From: Adineta vaga
Taxonomy: Eukaryota; Animalia; Rotifera
Length of the DNA stretch: 64,000 nucleotides
NCBI GenBank assembly: GCA_021613535.1
Contig: CP075493.1
Span: 14,508,001 to 14,572,000 of the forward strand
Reading direction: 5' to 3'
Part shown: in pieces, positions 13,066-29,600 of the stretch
Position numbering within the stretch: position 1 is the first letter of the stretch
How the letters are laid out: each line of letters opens with the position of its first letter
Made by a program: the position numbers and the translations under genes
The notes under the pieces: model-generated
What the model was told of the DNA's origin: nothing
Seen by the model: only the letters and a program-made list of their open reading frames with translations
Database searches by the model: none

Positions 13066-15226
13066 AAATATTAATAATAGAAAACAAAATTTATTGTTTT
13101 CTTTTGATATTGTGAGATAGGTATTGTTTCGTCGGATGTTATTTAGCAGAAGATCTTATCAGATATAGAACAACATTTATTAACGCAGAAATGAAAGATA
13201 TATATATAGGTTTGAACAGAACGAAAAGAACATATGAGAAGATTCCATATGATGTAGAATGCAGTCACATGAAATCTGATTGTTTGAAGAATATTCAATC
13301 TTATCTTATCTGATGAACTAAGGATTTTATTCAAAATCAAAATATAACTCATATAAATCAATTCACGAAATAAAAAGATACGAAAGTATTCTTGTTCGTT
13401 ACGTTTTCTATACAGAAAAAAAACACGTTTTTTTATATATGAGATATGATTAATTGAAAAATTTGTTAATTAAATACAGATGACATTTTTGACTAATATA
13501 TCAAGTAATATCAATAATCTCTATAGCTTCTTTTAATGATCAATGATACAATGTATGTTAATAATCTTATAAAAAGTTAATAATATAAACGTATTTTCGT
13601 ATATTATAAATAAAATTTCATTTCATTAAGTATTTATTCGTTGAAAGAGTAAATATAAATGTTATGAAGCCTGATAAGTATGTGTTTGATGTTAATTTTT
13701 AACTTTACACTGAGTTGCTATTGAATGTGTTCTAAAGACGATAGGGTATGATGCGTATGCTGAGAGTGGGGATATGACTAAGAGTACAATAGAGACAGAC
13801 AACATTCACTTCGCTTTCAAACCTTTACTCTCAGACTGTCAAGATAGACTCACTAAATAGATTGGCGAGATCTCGCAGGTATATCCATATATGTTTAACA
13901 TATTATACAGCATTTGTATAGCAAATAGAACTGTTCGAAATTTTAGATATTTGAACACTGTATGACGAACTTAACAACAACACTGTTAGGGAGGTTTGTG
14001 GGATTGATTTATCAAATGAATACTTTGAACGCTTTTTCAAAACAAGAAAAAGCTTCCACATCGTCTATTGTATAAAAAATCATCAAAGTACTCGTAAGTT
14101 AACTGACCATAAAGCATCCACAGAAAAATCGCAGTGAATCTTTTTTCCTGAACAATGATCTACACATGTAACCACATGCAATTCAAGATAGAGATACTCT
14201 CTTGCAGATGAAATCTGGCGGTTTAGATCTCTTCCATTCGACACAGAATTTGATTCTGCATCGAATGGAACTAGTTGAGATCAGCGGAAAACATTTGAAG
14301 AGAAAAAATAACTGATTTTTTTTCTAAAGTATGACCAATATGTGTCGTCAGATGGTTTTGACGAGTGAGATTATTTAAACTTAAATAGATTTTCGCTTAC
14401 TTATAATAGTTAAAATTTGATAAATTCGAACTATTTAACTTATCTCATCAACTGTTTAAATAAATATAAAACCGTTCTTTTTTGTTTCATATTTGTTCGA
14501 GATATTTTTTTAACATATTCATCGAGAAAAGATTAACAATTGATATGGAATTTGATATAAAATTTATCGAAGAGAAATTCAAGGAATAGATTCATCAACA
14601 TCTTTTGGTAAATTTAATTCATCAGCTGTCACCATATCTCATTTTTCTACAACTGTATTCTATGCCAAAAACGCCGTTATTTGATATATTTCATTTGGTT
14701 TGCAATCTTAATGAATTATTTATACAAAAGATTAGCTTTAACTTGAAATGTTTACTAATCTATATTTAGAAAATGAATATAATTTCAGTACGTAAAATAA
14801 TAGAATCAATTGTTCTTCATCGAATAGATGTTCACATGAATCACTATCATTATAAACTTTGTCATGAATATATATTCATATAGCCAATATTTTCCATTAA
14901 CATGTCTTTCATTTTTGATTATTAGGATGGGTAGAGGAACACGATATTCCTGATTGAAATATTGATTTAGATCGACGAGATATTTGAGTTCGAGATCTAA
15001 ATTATTTGTTTGCGATGATTTAAGTACATAATATAACTGTTCTGAATATTTGATTAACCAATTATGTCGAGATAATTTCGTGAAAGTGATGGATGTTGAG
15101 GGATCGATAGAAGAAAAGATATGTGGTCAATGTAATGAAAGAAGATTTTCAATATCTTCAACATTTTCCATTCTAATTTAGTTTAACATCTAAAATAAAG
15201 TTTCAACCCTTTTTAAAATCAGATCA

Positions 15227-17367
<2,141 letters not shown>

Positions 17368-17975
17368 ATCCAATAATCTTCAATACGTTTGCACTTTAAC
17401 AACAATACATTGCAGTTCCACTTTTTCTCAGTGTGATTATTATTGGTTGTTTTACTAACTAATCTTTTTGTTTTCAAAAACATTTTTAATAAACTTCAAT
17501 TGAATCTATAAAATATTTCCGAATAATTTATGAGAAACTATTTCGATTTATACATTTGATATGATTGTATACAGCTGACATCTATATATAAGCATCAAGA
17601 TTTTCCACATCTCTTTCTAAAAGTTAACAAAATAAATATCAAATACTCAAGGCATCACTGATTCGGTGAACTATGATAACACAACTAAAATAACGAACTT
17701 CTGTTATTCAAAAGCTCAGTTGATTCAATAATAATTACAAATAAAATAACAATACTATCATCGAAATCATCGAAAGTATGCGAAGCACATACACGGAAAG
17801 TGTCGTTAGTGGTGATGAAAATAACATGAGCAATGAATCTAAACAAATACATCGTCCTGTTGGTTTATCCTTTGATCAATATGGTAATATTCGAACATGG
17901 TAACCATCAAGTTCAAAAGTTTTTATTTTATTTTTATGAACAGAAAAAAAACAGAATCATATGTATCATTCTATT

Positions 17976-18953
17976 CTATGTAATGCGATTTTCGATTCGT
18001 AATAACCAACAACTCGCATTGACTATATATCGAGCTGTTCCTGCTGAATCCCATTCCATGAACAACTTCGTAAATCCACAATCTAAACATATTCGACCTT
18101 CATTTGATGTTAAACTTGATGATGGATCATATACAGCAATACATGTATTACCATCACCAGCTGTTGCTATAGGAAGAAATACTTTGCGACTTACTTTTGT
18201 TGAATATACAGGATGGCAGATAGTGTGACCTTCATATAAGTTTTTGATTCCAGTGAAGATTTCATGTTGACCAAATTGCCCTTTTCCTTCATGACCATTA
18301 TCTGCATAAGTCATTGTTTCTGTATCCTTATAACATCCATCGAAAGTAATACCAAATTTTTTCTCAAGAAATTCATTTGCATGACAAATATAGGGTGGAT
18401 TATCAGCAAAGAGAAATACTGCACCACCATTGGAATGAAAAGTTGTTAAAGATGAAATGATATTCCGATTTTCGATACAAAGGCTACTGATAATCCATGC
18501 AACTTGATACTGATTTGAAGCGAATTCTTTGATTCATTCATCTTCACTTTTGACGTGTTTCACTTGAAAACCTTTCATTTCTAGTTCATTAATAGACTTT
18601 TTCATGGCAGCATCATCAAACCGCTGTTCAATATGGAATTGTGCAATTAAAATATTAAATCCTATAAATACTCCATCTCGTCCTAAATCATATTCTCTTC
18701 CAACTGGATTCCAATGACAATCATATGCCAAAGCATTAGTAATGTTACTTTTACCTATAACTTCATTGTATGCTTGTAATGGTACAGAAGTAGTTGTACT
18801 ATTGTCAGTTGTAATCGCAGTAGATGATGCTGTTCTTTGTTTAGCTGTTCTTATCTTCTTTTTAGTGACCTTGGTTTTTATAGAACGTGCTTTCGTAGTT
18901 TTATTTGATGATTGTAGTTGTTGTGCTAATCTGGCTCGAGTAATAGCAACCAT
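17976..18953 (-). pseudogene. Uncharacterised protein (class-I GATase-like/DUF4350-like fold) with a single in-frame TGA at 18534-18536
   Basis: ORFs 18534-18953 and 17976-18314 are one frame. The intervening sequence is open (IKEFASNQYQVAWIIS...GGAVFLFADNPPY...KFGITF). A paralog lies at 51152-51790. Confidence 0.65.
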
Positions 18954-20139
18954 TATGCGATAGTAAAATAAAATAAATAGTCTGGATAATTTGTATGTAG
19001 AATGAGTTGTGTTTCAACGAATAGAAAAACGAACATTTATATAGGAATGATAATTGCTGTTATCAAAAGTAATGTACAATCATATGAAGCTATTGTGCAA
19101 TGATATATGTTTGCACAATTTTGATTTCACAAAATATTTATCATGTAAAAGTTCTTAAAATGACTAAAAAAACATTATCTATCAAAGTTATGTGATTTTA
19201 ACCCAGGCGCTGTAGACCTTTGATAAATCGATAAATTATATCTGACATGATAGGATGAATATATATATTTTATACTGACTATTGAAGCTCTTCGATAATA
19301 CTAATCATCGATAGTATGACTCGATATTTTATTCTATAATAATATTAGAACCAAATACGTAATTCATCAATTACATGAAATATTTGATGATGAATAGCTG
19401 CAATCAATTTGTCTCTGAACTTGAGTTTTTCAGATCGATGAAGAGAGTTTTTGTTCAATAGTAAATGCACTAATTGATTAAATTGATGACTATAATGTTT
19501 AAAATAAATTCAATAAGATATTTATTCAGCATCATAACTGATAATCATTTGTTTCGAATGAATATACATAAGATACTAATTCATGTAATCGAGGAATATC
19601 AAAATAATGTTTAGAATTGTTATATCCTCCATTTCATATAAGACACGAAAGATATTGTTCATAAAATTCCAATCTGAATCACATTTTAGCATCATAAAAT
19701 GATGTATTCGTCTAAAAGGTACAGATATGTAACTTACAGTATTTAATGATTGTTTTTTGTATCCTTCGAGAATATTGATTTTTTTAGAAATTTAAATTTA
19801 ATACAATTGTATCATTACAGAAATCATTAGAAAAGATGTCCACTGATGTACGGAACATTTTATCTTTTATATTTGATCTATAAAGAGATTCACCTTCGCA
19901 ACGGAAAACAAATATAGAAGTCCAAATCGATCATGTATTGATATAAAGGTTTCCTATCGACGTTCTTTTAGGACTTTCGACCTCATCCAACACATATCTA
20001 ATTATTTCACGTGACAATTAAAACATCCTTTAAAATAGATATTAAAATAGGACAAGAAGATATAACTTTTAATTATTTATTTTTTTTAATTTCTCGCAAC
20101 ATTTGTTTATGCAATGTACTGTTTAAACAGATCATTGCA

Positions 20140-20960
20140 TTAATAATGTGCACTGGTGAGATCTGCGTTTGGCGTAGGATTTGGATCACCACTTTTTAAC
20201 CAACATTGATCATGAATTCATTCTGTTGCTGAAGACTTGTCCCATGTAAACGCAGTGCAATCTGGATTGCTTTGACACCATTCACAACAAGAAGCGAAAG
20301 TATTTACAGTGTCATGAATTAAATAGTCGACATCCAAATCATATCCAACCAGAACTGTCATATTGCCACAAGTATATGGACTTTTTTGCACACAAAAGTT
20401 TTCTTGCTCTTTCTGATGTAGATGAGGATAAGGATGTAACTATATGATTGTGAATCTTCTTATTGTAAATGTCTTTTATCAAAATTAACAGCAACATCAA
20501 TAATGAAAATTTCATCGCACTTTAGAATCTTTATTCTCGCTCCAACAACAACGATGCTAGTATAGGGATAAGTAGTATGCGCATATATGGGTTTAAGATA
20601 GAAGAATATGATGGTATAAACAAGAGGATGCATGAAGTAAAAGTAAAACGAAGTAAGGTTATAATATCGGCGTATATATCCACATGCTTGCTTGATTGTC
20701 TCTTATCGATTCAAGATTAAAACAGAGTTATGAAACTTTTCTTGAAGGAAAAAATATCCGCACAGTATGCACGGGCTCTCGCTAGTGTCATGGTAGTGCT
20801 TACCTAGTTTTGAAGTTGTAGGTTTCGGAGCAGGAATAGCAACTTTCAACATTAAAGACAACGTAATTGAAAAAGCTACTATGACAAAAATAACTAAAAT
20901 GCAAATAATTATAAACAAGCGATGTTGCCACAATACATGTTTTGATAAACAAGGAATGTT
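20140..20960 (-). pseudogene. Membrane-anchored PAN/apple-domain protein with in-frame TGA at 20218-20220
   Basis: 20140-20390 reads TCGNMTVLVGYDL...SCCEWCQSNPDCTAFTWD...*...QCWLKS...LTSAHY*, a PAN_4 Cys pattern. An upstream exon encodes a TM helix (LFIIICILVIFVIVAFSITLSL). The exon join is unresolved. Confidence 0.6.
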
Positions 20961-21603
20961 ATCTTGATACTGTGTATTTTAGTGTAAATCTAAAATGGAT
21001 GTAACTTATAAGTTTCATAGTGCAAAAAATTACAAATATGGCTCATTCACATTATTATTCTGCACGTTCTTATCTGAATATATATATATATAAAAGTCCA
21101 AACTATTATTCAGTATATAATTCTCTTAAAGCATGTTATTCTGTTTGTTAACTTTCTCGGTCATCGACGACTTTTTAACCATTTAATAACTTACTTCTTT
21201 TAAGAAAAAGTAGATCATTATTTAGAATAACTTATAACTACTAGTAGGAATGATTTTCGAGTGGAATAGATTGGAGTATTGGGGTATTGGAATAGCGCTT
21301 TTCTCCCCTTGGATTTATCTCATGTAGTGAATTTAATGAAAAACTGTTAATTGATCAACAAAATTCTTTACATAGAAAATGTATATGAAGCTGATGAAAA
21401 ATTTGAGGGTGTGATTATGATGTAAAGATTATTTACTACTTATTAAAAAAATGAATCAAATACCAATGAAGAACAAAGTTACTTTAATCATGTGATAATT
21501 TGCAGTAAAAATCATCTAAAATCAACAGTATTAAATAACAATTAAGAAAAGCCAATTCATCTAATATCTAAAAAAGATTTAATTAAGATATATGATCTTC
21601 TCT

Positions 21604-22173
21604 TTAGCTTTTATTTGCACTTTCAGCCCAACGTTTCATTAAAGTGTTTGACGGAAGATTCTTATCGAGTAGCTTGTTAGCTGTTTCAACTGCAGCAATT
21701 GGCAAATTTGTACTATCCAACAGACCGATTTGTACTAATACCGAAGCTTGATCCCAATAGATATGTTCATGACAAAGTTTTCCATCACGAAAAGCAACAA
21801 TAGCAACAAGTGGAATTTTTACGGTTTTTCCAGTTGGTGCAATACCAGGTAACATCCAGCCGATTTCACGATCATGAGTAAAACAGAATAACATTTCATC
21901 GACGACACGATCAGTACCGACAACACGTGAAATTGGAATCATTTGTGTATCTTTTGGATTATTATTGATAAAATGATGTTCATAGAAACGGGACAAATCT
22001 TCAGCACCAACACCACCAGTCATAGTTGGAATATGATTAACGTAAGGATCTGAAATCATAGTTGCCATTGTTGCAGCAACATCACGTGTATTAAATTCAT
22101 AGTCGCAATGTTTTTCCCACAATGCTGCAAGATCATATGATTTTTGTACAGTATTTTCCGATGATTGTTGCAT
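21604..22173 (-). CDS. SnoaL-like / NTF2-fold ester cyclase-type protein (bacterial/fungal type)
   Basis: ATMATMISDPYVNHIPTMTGGVG, DRVVDEM, THDREIGWMLPGIAPTGK and HEHIYWDQASVLVQIGLLD match the SnoaL-like domain seen in carboxymethylenebutenolidase-like proteins. Intronless CDS. Confidence 0.85.
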   Translation of the reverse strand: MQQSSENTVQKSYDLAALWEKHCDYEFNTRDVAATMATMISDPYVNHIPTMTGGVGAEDLSRFYEHHFINNNPKDTQMIPISRVVGTDRVVDEMLFCFTHDREIGWMLPGIAPTGKTVKIPLVAIVAFRDGKLCHEHIYWDQASVLVQIGLLDSTNLPIAAVETANKLLDKNLPSNTLMKRWAESANKS

Positions 22174-23348
22174 CTAAAAATCATAGATCGAAGAAGATAT
22201 TGATACTTTCTATTTCCATTATTTCTTTATTTCTCATTTATAATAAGATACGACGAGAAAGAGTGGTGACCATTGGTCGTATGAATGATGATGAAACATC
22301 GTTATATCTACAGAGAAATATCAAAAATTTATAGAAATAAAAGTTGTGATAAAATATATAAGAATTTAATAATAAATATTAACTTTTCGAAATGGATATC
22401 ATCACTAATAGTATCTTCTTTTGTCTTTTTTAATTTTATCAAAAAAATATTTCTGTTTGATTCGATGTTTGTTTCATTGTGTTATAATAGTTATGGATAT
22501 TGTTATAGATTTCACTTACTTCTTTTCTTCTATGATATCATTGAAAGTGTTTAGCAATCCTCATTGTTTGATCCATCATTCGAAAAATATATACAGATCA
22601 ATTATCGCTTACAACTATAATCGATTATACCGCTTTCATATGTGTTATATAAAATTATGAAACGACCGTCGCTATTCAAAAACTTTCATACTATACTATA
22701 ATGGTGTTCCCCTGAATAATGTTCAGTTGTGTTGATGAAAATTGATAAAAGAATATTTTCTTGTTTGTTCAACTTTTAGTTATATCTTTTTTATGACGTA
22801 ATCATATCGATTCAATATAATCCTTTATGCAAAATAGTTATTTTGATATAGATACGATACAAAATTATTCTTTTGAACTAACAAGTTCTGCGAATTTTAA
22901 TTTCACTATTCATAAAAGCAACAAAAATTAAGATAGAGATAAGAAGTAAAATTCGTGGAAACATATAACATAAATAATAACGATAAAAAACATCATAGAA
23001 ATTAATATTTGAAACTATTTCATTAGAATGCATCATTTACTATTTATTTTTCTTATAGTATTTTCAGTTCTAAGTCGTATTATAATAATTGAAAGAAGCT
23101 TTTTACCAAGTAATGAGAAATATTTAAAAATATCTAATATAAATTCCTTTCAATATGATATCTAACAGTATTCAAATGTTTTTTGTCGATCTGTGTTTAT
23201 TCTTTTCGTTCATGAAAGAAAAAATTATAGTAAAGTAGTTCTTTCTCTTCTTCGTCAGTCCAATGTGTACAAAATATATACACATATTTCACTAGTAATT
23301 TGATTATCGTTTGAGAGAGAACGAGTTCATTTCGTCGGAAACCAAGAA

Positions 23349-23741
23349 ATGACTCAAAATATTTCCAATGACAATAAAAAGGCATAATTTTTGACTGATG
23401 TATGCAGACATATTCGTTCAAAGGAACCAGGTTGGTCATCTTCAGAAGATCTGATCGAAAAAATTGAACAACAATCTAAATCTAAAAGTGCTCTGTTCGA
23501 GCTTTGCCAAACACTTAAAAGTATTAGGAAAGATGTAATTACAGTGGGATGCAAAAACAAATTGCCGTTTATTACATCAACTTTGTGTAGGGAGGTTTCT
23601 GACGTGCTTCGAACAATTATTCTGAAACTATATATAAACCTCAGGTACTACCTTTATGCACTTAGTGAGACTGATAATGGTTGGAAACTGTTATGCAGTT
23701 CCGTAAAAAGGGTTCCTGTTCATAGCACAAGCTGGAGATAA
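23349..23741 (+). pseudogene. Degenerate uncharacterised gene, paralog of 32581-33020
   Basis: ATG ACT CAA...GCA TAA (early stop), then FLTDVCRHIRSKEPGWSSSEDLIEKIEQQ, which aligns with FLIKLCERI-SEEPNWLSLNNLIQAIKQQ at about 32620-32705. Confidence 0.55.
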
Positions 23742-25799
23742 TTTGACCAATAGATCACATTACATTATTTAAGTAGTGATCACATGAAAGAGTTTTATAA
23801 TTACTGCATAATGATGATCCTTACTTACAACACTTCATCTTATAAATCAATGAGAGTTGATCTATCATTTCCTCACCAATTTAAACAGCAATTATATGAC
23901 CAATAGTTATGTATACTTTTGTTATTGTTGATGAAGAAGATGTTAAGATCAATAAAAGCATGAAATTAAACATATTGAAGTCACCAAGACCTATAAAGAT
24001 GCACGATAATCTGTTTGATCTGATTCGATATCATCAAAATTCCAACTGTAATAAAAGTTAATGAGAGATGGTTTACCATCGGCTGCAAGTTCATTTAATA
24101 TCCGTTCACTATGTATCTCATTTCTTGGATGTAAACAGCGATATCTATTGAGGAGAAAATATCAAAAAGTAAATATCGACTTATGTTTCAAAGCTGTTTT
24201 TCGATATTTTTACTTTCGAGTATATTCAAGCAAAATCGCTATGTACTGAATTAAACTTAAAGAAAACTATATTCTTATTAATCTTATAATTCACCTATGA
24301 AATAAAATATCATAACGTTTTCTATAAAGAACTTTACTCATTTCTAAAACAAATTGACCCAAAAAGTTTCCTATCGATAACTTACAAATGTTTCTATTGT
24401 AGCCATACTTCAATGTTCTTTTGTAAAATTAAGAAAGTTTTCTTTTTTGAATTATTTACAGATATTTCGCAAATGGACATGCTTCAAAACTCGAGTTTAA
24501 TAACAGAATCAAAACTCAAAAATATCCAATTAAGTAAGATATTTCTTTGATTCCATCATCAAAAGATGAAAAATATTCATTTCCTCTTATGGTTTACTTA
24601 TTGTTGAATGGAATAGAATAGAATAGAATATGATGTGTTGATATATTTTCATCATCATTACATAAACTTCATACAGGTTTTTGTCTTGATGATTGGATAC
24701 GTGATATATGGCTTTCTGAATGGTCATCTCATCATCAATCATGGTTTATTGGAAGTACATATCATTTAATAATTGATTCAATGAATGAACTTAATCCTCA
24801 TATAAAAAATATTATTGGGATAACTCATATCAATAATAAAAATAGCATAAATCAATTATGATATTTTCTATTTGGATTAATACCAAATAGTTTTTCTCGA
24901 ATTTCTAGAAGAATTTGATGATATATCATTGAGAGTCGAGCTTCAATGGTTTTTGACACCTTTATTTCTCCATTCATTTCATAAAGTTCAATAACACATC
25001 AACTATTCTCCTTCATTTGTAATTTTAAATTAAAAAAATTCGAACGAATCATCAGATAAGAAATTTTTATCATCAGTAATAACTTGAATGTGTTTCTGTT
25101 TGAATTCTTCTTTATATCTCTTCATATACAGCTGTCATCGCAAAAAATTTTATAAAATTAATTTTTCGATCTAATGGCTTTCTTGTTATTAGAAAGTAAT
25201 TATAAAACTTATTTTTCTGTGGATATATGTTTGCTAGTTATACTAAATACTGATCATACAAAAGTGTTATTTCTTTTTTTTCCGACACATACATTTAGTC
25301 ACAACATGATATTGTGACTTTAAAAATCATTACATATCGATATTATATTTTTCGAGCGAAGATGTGCACTCTGTTCCTGCTATTCATCGTGAAACAAATC
25401 TTTATCTTAGGATTATTTATTACAATATCAACAAATTAAAACAAATAAAACCATGTAAATCCTAAAACGGAAGTAGTCAATCACACGTCCCCAGTAAGAG
25501 AGGAAAGCATGCTACTGATCCATATATTCGATAAAATAATAAGATAATTGTTATCTTTCTAACTCTCAAACGCAGAAAAAACGACTTTGCTGCGTCTATT
25601 GTTTCATTACGAGAGAGAAACGCGTTGTCGAGATACGTTTAAGCGCATTCGAATTAAAATATCAACGACAGCTGCATCCAGACACATCAGATTTTTCATT
25701 TTAGCTGCGTTCACATGCGTTTATTTGCGTTTGGTCCTTTGTTCTCTAACGCGTTTATAAGAAAAAAAAATTTCACATGAGTAATGATATGAAAGAAAT

Positions 25800-26540
25800 T
25801 TTATGGACAAGTAGCGGAGATACCCGCTGCAAAGAGGGCACAATTTACGTTTTCCATCTACAACAGTGCTCTTCTTATCACCCACCGGCCCTCTCCGTTG
25901 GTATTTAACTGTCGTGTATAAAAGAATCCTCACACCCTCCTTTTCCAATCTGCATTAGCTAGTGTAATCCTTCAGGTCGTCACTCAGCGCGCGTTACCTG
26001 TCTTCCACACCCAGTGTCCCGCTGCAACTCCTAGCTCTCGATAGATCTGCCTATTCTCAGACGCTCGCTGCAAGTCATTCTCTAGTTTATAACCTTCACT
26101 TCGACTCCAGTCAGGTAGAGTAGTCATTTCATTCCAGATTCAGTTTTTTTGAGAACCCAACCCAGCCATTGCAGTTGTCGACCTTTCCCTGGGCCTAGAG
26201 AAGCATTGTGGAAAGTTTGGGAATGGTAGCTATCACGGAACTGCCTGGGTGAAATTTCACCCACGCCCACCCTCAAACAAACTTTCTTCTTTATATAGAT
26301 AGATACCATTCATCTGTGTCTCTAACGACCATAAATCCGCTTTGTAACGAAATCTGTGATGATATCGTTCTATCCATTTTTTTGGTTTTTCTATGTCTGT
26401 CGTCTTGACTTCTTCATTCTCTTTCGCTTGGTTCCACATATATAACTGCACGTTTCTATCTGTAAAAGATACGATTCATGATAGGAAGAAATAAATAAAG
26501 GCGCAGTTCCATCAGCGCAAATATCTCTTCCATAAAATTG
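25800..26540. mobile_element. GC-elevated non-coding island, probable transposon/LTR remnant
   Basis: Abrupt GC rise against the flanks and a TATA-like TATAAAAG at 25917 followed by a pyrimidine-rich tract. No clear termini or recognisable domains. Confidence 0.3.
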
Positions 26541-26655
26541 TCATAGATATTCTCTCTAAGTGTTGTATACAATAATATTTTATACATTTTCTTTTCAGTG
26601 TACAATCAGATCACTTCTTTCAATTAAACTAATTAATTATCGTCGACGTACGAAT

Positions 26656-29600
26656 ATGACTACTCAACAGTCTAGATTATCAGGACAAAGAAAAAAAAAT
26701 TGGTCTGAAGCTGAACTAAGTGAGTATCAGAAAGCTGATATTTTTTGAACATAATAATAAAGATAAATTTCTGATTTCTTTCAACAATAAGTAAACTTCT
26801 TTGCACAACTCTCTCATGATTGATGGCAGAAAAATGAAGCGAAGACTGAACTTCCCTCTAATCCAGAAAGTCTAGATATACTTGAGTTAAATTGAACAAT
26901 GTGCTCGAATTTGTTTAATAACATCAAATATCTGCGATATTTTCAAAGCTGGGTTAATGATAGCTTGGTAAATTGAATAATTTTATAATGATAGTATCAC
27001 ACTCAAGTGTTAATTTATTTTGGAATAACAAATATAATTGTTGTGATAAACCGTTTTGTGATAAAAGTACTTTTTCGAGCGATAAATACATGTAGATGGT
27101 TTTGTGCAAACGGATATCTTATCAGTTAGAAAAATACCTTTCAGACTTATGGCAAATTATAAGGTGCTAAATGACAAGTTCATCTATAGAAGAACCTAAA
27201 TTATCAAATGTATTTTTATCACATAGGCAACTCTCTAATAAAAAAACTCGAAGCAAGTGCGGTGAAAATAGAAGAGAATGCTTTACAAAGTCGTAACCGT
27301 TCACATCGTGAAATAGAACCTCGAATCCAAGTCTTTTTACAAGCACGTTTGATATTTTATAAAAAACTTCTGTCAAAATTAAAGCAGTCTAATACAGATA
27401 TCACTACAATCGTAAGTTTTTACTTTGCTATAAAAATATTGAATTATTGACTGTCTTATGGATCTTCAACTTCAATTTAGATGGGTAAATTCATAAAAGT
27501 GTTGCAAGAACTAACCAATCACGTTGATGATGAAGTCACGTTGGAGAAAGTGAGTATATAATAATAAAAAGCATATGTTACACTATGTTGAAGACTTATT
27601 CATCAAACAGTATTGTTTTTCTTTCATGTTTACAAGATATTAGATGTGATGTTTGCATATGAACAGTATCCTGTGCCTTCAGAAGAGTCAAGTTATGATT
27701 TTCAAACTCAAATACAAGATTGGAATAGACGTCAAATGGTTGTGGGACCTACTAAAATATCTGCAAGACTTTTGTTAGAGAACGATTCGATTGATTCAAT
27801 CGTTCTCGAAGCTCATATATGTGAAAAGATTTATCAAGTAAGATTGGTCATATTTGTTCTCTGTAGAAGCCTGTGCAATTAAAGAGAAGAAAATATAAGA
27901 CTTTAAAAATATTTTTCTTTAATTAGAAACTCATTAAAGTAGTGTTTTTAAAATGTAACCTTTTGTATTTTTTTAACTTTTGATATGTTTTCATTAGTTA
28001 TTGAATTTTTAACCTTTCTTTTTATCAATTTTAATTGCGTGGACCAAGGAATGACTAATGAGAGAACCGTCCAGATGTCTATACTTCATATTTGAATGAA
28101 AGTTTGTCACAAGATATGGTATAGTGCCTTCATCCAAACTCTATAAAAGAATTTGATCTAAAACTCCTTTCTCCAATGGTGGTTATATGGGCATCTTATT
28201 AAAATGAACTTTGAAAAATTAGTGTTCTGCTTATGAACGAAGTTTCAAGACAAAAGTCCCTTTGCTTGATTTTTGAGTTACATATCCAGGAGTGATCGAA
28301 ATTTTAGTAAAATGACCATATAACCACCATTGAAGAAAGGAGTTTTAGATCAAATTCTTTTATAGAGTTTGGATGAAGGCACTATACCATATCTTGTGAC
28401 AAACTTTCATTCAAATATGAAGAAGACAAATGCGGAGTTCCCTTCGTAAGTACAAGTTGACACTGCCTCAAACTGACAGAGAAATACTTTGACTTGTGAC
28501 TTATTTTTCGAATGAGTCCAAAAGAAAATGAACAATATGAAAGAGGAAAAGAAAAAGAAAGCATAATAATGTTGCTGGATTCTAATATCGTCTTTCTTAT
28601 GCTCTAGGTTTCCTCAACACAAACACTTATATTTAGCTACTTATCAGCTATGATGACAGAAGGCAATGAAAACGTAAGAGAATTTTATACTGTCACAATT
28701 CAATCGGAAAATCTTTCAATATATACTGATCCAGATAAAACCACGGTTGATGATATGAGTTTGGACAAATCTTTATATTATGTTAATTTGCAATCGCAAA
28801 ATGGTGCCACACGTCTTCCTCGACAATTGAATGGAATAATCTCAGTGCAAGACGACGTGTCAGCAGAAGAAGAAGCCTGGTCAAGATTGAAGTTATTCTG
28901 TTCCACTGCAGAAAAACCTCGAAAGCCTTATGATATAAAGATTTGTGCATCACCAGGATGTTGTCGTGCTGTCCTACCTTCTAAACAATCAAATCACTTA
29001 AATTTGTGTGTTGAGCATAGTAAACAATTATATACAATACTTCAGAAATATCAAAGAAATTATGAGATGAACATTCCCGATAAAGATCATCATGACGTAG
29101 ATCGTATGGTTTACTCTAGTCTTCTACCAAGTATTGATTGTTTAATTCAAAAGTTATCAGTATCATCAGATAGTGAGCATAAATTTATTATACAAATTCT
29201 ATTCGCAATCAAAGCATGCATTTATTTATATCGTATACATCTGAACCCATTTCCAGGATTTATTCAAACAACTATTGGTCTGTTCCAATGGTTACTGAAC
29301 CTTAACAAACCGGCAATGTGTAGATTTGCGGAACGAATCTTGCACCTGATTACAATACCATTTGCTATTTTCGGCATTGGAATTATTTGGTCAGCCAATT
29401 TAATCTGTCATGAACGACATCTTGCAACAGTACTTATCAATAGTGGTGTGGGTTTAGGAATATATGGTTATATGAACCATCGCATCGATCCAACAGCCTT
29501 TGGTAAGTCAATTGCATTGACGGTAGGTAGTGTCACATCAATTATGATTGGACTATCGATGCTTTACGACTCCATACGATACTATCCTGATAGTCGAAAT

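Noticed and set aside
14560-15000. Coding-like decayed stretches (also about 13900-14100, 24480-24920 and 49869-50280)
   Set aside because: Fragmented by stops and frameshifts, and I cannot assign a family.
18534-20220. TGA reassignment suggested by in-frame TGA in two neighbouring genes
   Set aside because: TGA is the evident terminator of intact genes here (434, 3617, 49659), and Trp/Cys use standard codons.
21604-22173. Bacterial contamination as the source of bacterial-like genes
   Set aside because: Host-like AT content, spliceosomal signals, and contiguity with intron-containing metazoan genes.
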